From NCBI GenBank assembly GCA_963843575.1, contig CAWJKZ010000010.1:352001-416000 (forward strand): a DNA stretch of 64,000 nucleotides, read 5' to 3'. Of this stretch, positions 62,480 through 64,000 are shown piece after piece (positions within the stretch are counted from its first letter, which is position 1; every line of letters begins with the position of its first letter). A program made the translations under genes and the position numbers. The stretch comes from an uncultured Acidobacteriota bacterium (GTDB lineage Bacteria; Acidobacteriota; UBA6911). Under the pieces are notes generated by a model. That model worked only from the letters and a program-made list of their open reading frames with translations, did not search any database and was not told the DNA's origin.

Positions 62480-63577
62480 TCAGTGCGGGAAAACGGTGAC
62501 GTCGATCCCTTCAGCTTGCCGGATCAATCGGTTGATGATGCTGCCCCAGAGACGCCGCCATCCTCCCTGGCGCAGAGTGTGCCCGACATAGATCTGGGTT
62601 ATCGCCTTCCGCCGCGCATATTTGAGGATTGCATCCACAACATCGAGACCTTCAAGCATTACGACTTCTGCGCCGACAGTGCGGGCACACGACAAATTGC
62701 CCTCGAGAGTCGCCTGATCCCCCGCGGACAGCATGGGCTGCCTCACGTAGGTCACGTAGAGCTCGCCGTGAAAGCGGTCCGCATTGCGCCTGCCGCTGGC
62801 AATCATGGTCGAAGCGTTGGATTTTGGCGTAACGCAAAGCAGTACGCGCTCGTTGGCGCCCCAGCTTTGTTCTATCCCGTGGGCCTCCAGATAGGCTTCG
62901 AGTTGCCTGTCGACCACGTCCGCCGCGACCACCAGGGCCATTTCCCGCAGCCGTGACAGTTTCTGTTCCTCGTCCTCGAGGTCGGGACGACTGACTCTTG
63001 CGGATCGGGCTACACTCTCCGGCGTCGGGGCATCAACGACGACAATCTCGTCTGAGACGTCGAGAAAGGCCCTCGGAATACTGTGGGCCGCACGTTTACC
63101 GGTGATGCGCCCCAGTTCGTCCCTGAATTCCTCGATATACTGCAGATTCATCGACGTGATGACGGAGATGCCCTTCTGGAGCAACTCCTCCACATCCATC
63201 CATCGGTTCGGGTTACGGCTTCCCGGAGGATTATTGAACGCAAGGCCGTCAATGACGACGACGCGTGGCCGCCGCTGCAGAATCGCCTCGACGTCAAGCA
63301 CCTGCTCCCCTGAGATTCTGAGCGGAGCTATGACTTCGGCTGAGGCGACAAGTCTTTCGACTTCAGCGGAGTATTTGGGTTGCAGCAGCCCCAGGACGAC
63401 ATCCTCGCCTCGTTCGCGCCGCCGCCGTGCTTCATCCAGCATCTGGTACGACTTGCCCACGCCGGAGGCGTACCCTAGAAAGACCTTGAGCTTTCCCCGC
63501 TGTCCCATTCGCTCCTGCAGCTCAACCTGCCGCAGCAGTTTTTCGGGATCCGGTCTCTCGCCAGGGGAATCGTGCAT
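62480..63577 (-). CDS. Second, more divergent KdpD N-terminal + USP protein
   Basis: RPDPEKLL, GKLKVFLGYASGVGKS, RNPNRWMDVEELL, LREMAL, USP ITQIYVG. Confidence 0.85.
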   Translation of the reverse strand: MHDSPGERPDPEKLLRQVELQERMGQRGKLKVFLGYASGVGKSYQMLDEARRRRERGEDVVLGLLQPKYSAEVERLVASAEVIAPLRISGEQVLDVEAILQRRPRVVVIDGLAFNNPPGSRNPNRWMDVEELLQKGISVITSMNLQYIEEFRDELGRITGKRAAHSIPRAFLDVSDEIVVVDAPTPESVARSARVSRPDLEDEEQKLSRLREMALVVAADVVDRQLEAYLEAHGIEQSWGANERVLLCVTPKSNASTMIASGRRNADRFHGELYVTYVRQPMLSAGDQATLEGNLSCARTVGAEVVMLEGLDVVDAILKYARRKAITQIYVGHTLRQGGWRRLWGSIINRLIRQAEGIDVTVFPH

Positions 63578-63607
63578 CGTGGCTCACCAAGTCTTGCGAT
63601 AAGCGGC

Positions 63608-63638
63608 TTAGGGTCTGTCACAGGATAACAGGCCCTTA
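63608..63638. repeat. 31-bp mini element abutting the kdpE TAA stop
   Basis: TTAGGGTCTGT-CACAGGATA-ACAGGCCCTTA; similar to 28054-28084. Confidence 0.65.
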
Positions 63639-64000
63639 GGGAAGCTCCATCCGATAGCCGATCCAGGGCTCGGTTATGATGTACGTCGGTCTCGCAGGGT
63701 CCGGTTCGATTTTCTTACGCAAGTGGTTTATGAAAGTGCGTAGATACTCCAGTTCGCTGCCGTAATCCGGGCCCCAGACGGCCTGCAGCAGTCTCGCATG
63801 AGTGAGCGGCGCATTCGCATGCGTGACGAGGTAGTGCAACAGATCGAATTCCTTCGGTGTGAGGTGAACTCTATCCCCGTGAACCGTGACGCGGCGCTGC
63901 ACAAGATCAATGGCTACGGCTCCGAATTCCAGAGCACTCGGCCCCCCTTCGGGAGCCAGCGGCACCCGGCGGAGCGCGGCGCGCATCCTGGCCAGAAGCT
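63636..64000 (-). CDS. kdpE: OmpR-family response regulator KdpE (5' end outside window)
   Basis: HLTPKEFDLL, LLQAVWGPDY..YLRTFINHLRKKIEPDPARP.YI.TEP..GYR; adjacent to kdpD-like genes. Confidence 0.88.
   Translation of the reverse strand, partial: LLARMRAALRRVPLAPEGGPSALEFGAVAIDLVQRRVTVHGDRVHLTPKEFDLLHYLVTHANAPLTHARLLQAVWGPDYGSELEYLRTFINHLRKKIEPDPARPTYIITEPWIGYRMELP

Noticed and set aside
45835-64000. Intact prophage or ICE at tRNA-Ser
   Set aside because: No integrase, phage, conjugation or att repeat sequences were recognised in the window.

Overview
This is a high-GC bacterial window. The gene content (Tat-exported Gfo/Idh/MocA and TIM-barrel proteins, an Oar-like TonB receptor remnant, split KdpD) suggests Acidobacteriota, which is an inference. 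Many genes carry single-base frameshifts, most consistent with long-read or assembly indels. Positions 1-45.8 kb hold mixed housekeeping and envelope genes: an ECF sigma factor with a candidate autoregulatory promoter, an RDD protein, a reduced nuoA-C-G-H cluster, a CE4-GH3 fusion, an acyl-AMP ligase/ACP/acyltransferase, glycosyltransferases, a PPIase, a tandem jacalin lectin, LysR with a short LeuA, a beta-propeller phytase, a surface-glycan modification cluster, a rhomboid protease, a Ser/Thr kinase and tRNA-Ser(TGA). A MITE-like repeat family and tiny inverted-repeat elements are scattered among these genes. Directly after tRNA-Ser lies a ~13 kb co-oriented minus-strand operon: FabF, ACP, UbiD-family decarboxylase, SCP2, Fe-S/FAD oxidoreductase, thioester-reductase-like SDR, DUF523/TudS-like protein, a five-gene Lol-like export module, and a collapsed cobalamin radical-SAM gene. 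This operon is the best candidate for an undescribed lipid biosynthesis and export system. The window ends with a GH109 glycosidase, two tandem KdpD N-terminal proteins and kdpE. All family calls come from motif recognition by eye; no searches were run.
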